Virus record (IMG/VR): IMGVR_UViG_3300032286_000077
Location: 1-32,641 of that record
Length of the DNA stretch: 32,641 bases
Source of the DNA: a virus
Reading direction: 5' to 3' (one strand)
The translations under genes were made by a program, and so were the position numbers. Positions 30,925-32,641 of the stretch are shown here, one piece after another (the stretch's first letter is position 1; each line of letters begins with the position of its first letter). Below the pieces are notes generated by a model, which saw only the letters and a program-made list of their open reading frames with translations, was not told the DNA's origin and did not search any database.

Positions 30925-31196
30925 TGTTAAATGACGGCGATGAGGGTGAATTTATCACCTATTTAATTTGGGATGAAGTAACCGTTATATGGTCTTGGGC
31001 AGAGGGTGACGATTGGGAAACAGATGGCTACTTTGACATTTTTGTTTACAAAGATAATTTAGACATTACTTACGACATTCCCAAACTTCATTTCAAGTGG
31101 ATTGAAGAAGAAGTCAAAAAACAAGCAGGCTATGAGCCACCCAGCCATCAGCGTGTTGCATCTGCCATTAACGGCTATTTCAACAAAACTTTTTAA
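30921..31196 (+). CDS. Strongly acidic, aromatic-rich early protein (91 aa)
   Basis: The ATG at 30921 overlaps the upstream TGA. By my count there are 19 Asp/Glu and about 7 basic residues, with many Trp, Tyr and Phe. Confidence 0.7.
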   Translation: MMLNDGDEGEFITYLIWDEVTVIWSWAEGDDWETDGYFDIFVYKDNLDITYDIPKLHFKWIEEEVKKQAGYEPPSHQRVASAINGYFNKTF

Positions 31197-31204
31197 GGAT
31201 ACCC

Positions 31205-31447
31205 ATGAAATACGCACTTTTACTCTTGGTGCTGGTCGGCTGCGCCAGCGAACCAAAGATGACCGAACAGCAGCTCATCATGGATAAGCAAATCCAAGCA
31301 ATGGGCAGAAATGAAGTTATCGATGCCGTGAAGCAATGCGAAACCTCAGGACTTCGTGCCATAACAATTTATGGCAAACGCAAGATTAATGGCTATACCG
31401 CAGAGACCATCGTTGATGTGACCTGTGGCCCTAAATGGTATTACTAA
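31205..31447 (+). CDS. Early lipoprotein (80-aa precursor)
   Basis: AAGGA lies upstream. MKYALLLLVLVGC is a signal peptide with the lipobox LVGC, and Ala is at position +2. Confidence 0.7.
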   Translation: MKYALLLLVLVGCASEPKMTEQQLIMDKQIQAMGRNEVIDAVKQCETSGLRAITIYGKRKINGYTAETIVDVTCGPKWYY

Positions 31448-31456
31448 GGAAAAATC

Positions 31457-32059
31457 ATGGAAACACCAATCGGAAAAAACATTGCCGCAGCATTTGTCAA
31501 GGCTCAACGCCAGTTCGGGCCAGCTCTCAAAACCTCTACAAACCCGCATTTTCGGTCTAAGTATGCTGACTTGTCTAACTGCATTGAGGCCGTCATTGAT
31601 GCCTTAAACAGCAATGGCATCGGTCTTATGCAACGCACCTATGAATCTAAAGACGGCGTGATGGTTGAGACAATCTTTGTCCACGAATCGGGCGAGGTCA
31701 TGGAATGCGGTCTTTTGCACGTTCCTGCAAGCAAACAAGACCCGCAGGGTTACGGTTCGGCATTGACCTATGCCAGGCGTTACAGCCTATTGGCAGCCAC
31801 AGGGTTAGCCCCCGAGGATGACGATGGCAACAGCGCCAGCCGCCGCACCGAGATCAAATCTACGGTTAACGAAAGTCAAATAGCCGACCTGTTGGCGGCA
31901 ATGGATGAGGTGACCACCATCAAAGAGTTACAGCAAGCCTACAAAGACGCATACAAGGCGACAAATGGCGAGCAGGCATGGCAGACCAAGGTCATCAACA
32001 AAAAAGACGCTAAAAAGGCGCATTTGGAAGCAACATTATCTAAGGAGTTAGCCAAATGA
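31457..32059 (+). CDS. ERF-family single-strand annealing protein
   Basis: NPHFRSKYADLSNCIEAV ... GYGSALTYARRYSLLAATGL matches the ERF superfamily core motifs. An acidic linker and a helical C-terminus follow. Confidence 0.85.
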   Translation: METPIGKNIAAAFVKAQRQFGPALKTSTNPHFRSKYADLSNCIEAVIDALNSNGIGLMQRTYESKDGVMVETIFVHESGEVMECGLLHVPASKQDPQGYGSALTYARRYSLLAATGLAPEDDDGNSASRRTEIKSTVNESQIADLLAAMDEVTTIKELQQAYKDAYKATNGEQAWQTKVINKKDAKKAHLEATLSKELAK

Positions 32060-32247
32060 ATGAAACAGCATTTCCCAACCCCAACCGCACCGACCAAACA
32101 GGCATGACCTTGCGGGACTATTTTGCGGCAAAGGCTATGCAAGGCTTGTACTCTGACCCTGAATGGCGAATAGACATGGACTTTTCTGATACTGCTTATG
32201 CCGCATACAACCAAGCAGACGCAATGCTAAAAGCGAGGGAAGCATAA
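32056..32247 (+). CDS. Small conserved-looking phage protein (63 aa)
   Basis: AAGGAG lies upstream and the start is coupled by ATGA. The GMTLRDYFAAKAMQGL motif recurs in small prophage proteins. Confidence 0.75.
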   Translation: MNETAFPNPNRTDQTGMTLRDYFAAKAMQGLYSDPEWRIDMDFSDTAYAAYNQADAMLKAREA

Positions 32248-32641
32248 TGGAACAACGTACAGAAGAATGGTTTGCCGCTAGGTGTGGCAAGGTGACCGCA
32301 AGCCGCGTAGCAGACATCATTGCCAAAACCAAGACAGGGCCAAGCGCCAGCCGCGAGAATTACCTTGCCCAATTGGTCTGCGAAAGGTTAACAGGCAAAC
32401 CTGCCGAGTCCTACAGCAACGCAGCAATGGCTTGGGGAACGGATACTGAGCCTTTTGCTCGCGCCGCTTATGAGGCAAGGATGGACATCTTAGTAACAGA
32501 GGTGGGGTTTATCGACCACCCTTGGATCACCATGTCGGGTGCGTCACCGGACGGCTTGGCCTCCGAGGGTATGGTTGAGATCAAATGCCCCAATACCGCA
32601 ACCCACTTGCAAACCCTGTTAGACCGCAAAGTTCCTGAGAA
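32247..32641 (+). CDS. YqaJ-like recombination exonuclease, 5' part (runs off the window and continues at 124..334)
   Basis: The ATG at 32247 overlaps the upstream TAA (TAATG). My hand translation is MEQRTEEWFAARCGKVTASRVADIIAKTK..., the typical YqaJ N-terminus (W...R.G..TAS). It is in frame with 14..334 via the repeat. Confidence 0.85.
   Translation, partial: MEQRTEEWFAARCGKVTASRVADIIAKTKTGPSASRENYLAQLVCERLTGKPAESYSNAAMAWGTDTEPFARAAYEARMDILVTEVGFIDHPWITMSGASPDGLASEGMVEIKCPNTATHLQTLLDRKVPE
32519..32641. repeat. Terminal direct repeat, exact copy of 1-123
   Basis: See the 1-123 feature. The repeat falls inside a coding sequence. Confidence 0.95.

Overview
The window is a complete phage genome that closes into a circle. 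Positions 1-123 repeat exactly at 32519-32641, so the unique length is about 32,518 bp, and the junction splits a YqaJ-type exonuclease gene.

Layout: coding is very dense and falls into two divergent transcription units leaving a control region at about 30463-30602. The units converge at about 1729.

- Plus-strand unit (30603 -> wrap -> 1728): small early genes, a lipoprotein, an Erf-type annealing protein, a YqaJ exonuclease, a miniature SSB-tail protein, a winged-helix protein and hypothetical genes.
- Minus-strand unit, early part (30462 -> 27919): Cro/YdaS-like HTH, a DUF1376 replication initiator with an ori-like repeat cluster, a PD-(D/E)XK nuclease, a zinc-ribbon protein and a YbcO-like nuclease. 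It ends at a strong intrinsic terminator at 27901-27931.
- Minus-strand unit, late part (27892 -> 1731): a ferritin-like protein, a GT8-like glycosyltransferase and a ParB-DNA methyltransferase come first. They are followed by TerS/TerL, portal, a fiber-like protein, scaffold, major capsid and a Ser/Thr-rich capsid-accessory protein. Next come a glycosylation/methylation cassette, T7-order tail genes (tubular A/B-like, three internal virion proteins, tail fiber) and a complex lysis cassette ending in an M15 endolysin.

I found no integrase, CI-type repressor, RNA or DNA polymerase, tRNA, CRISPR array or reverse transcriptase.

Most notable observations:
1. A Maf/DUF115-type glycosyltransferase and methyltransferase cassette sits inside the structural operon, next to a Ser/Thr-rich capsid-accessory protein. 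This is a candidate virion O-glycosylation system.
2. A clearly coding 232-codon frame has no ATG/GTG/TTG for its first 125 codons and lies in frame behind the TAA of the upstream gene.
3. A second pair of membrane protein plus lipoprotein lies beside a canonical embedded spanin pair.
4. A 78-aa protein ends in the SSB tip DDIPF.
5. Two inverted 20-bp operator-like sites flank the divergent early starts.

All functional calls rest on motif recognition by eye, because no database search was possible.
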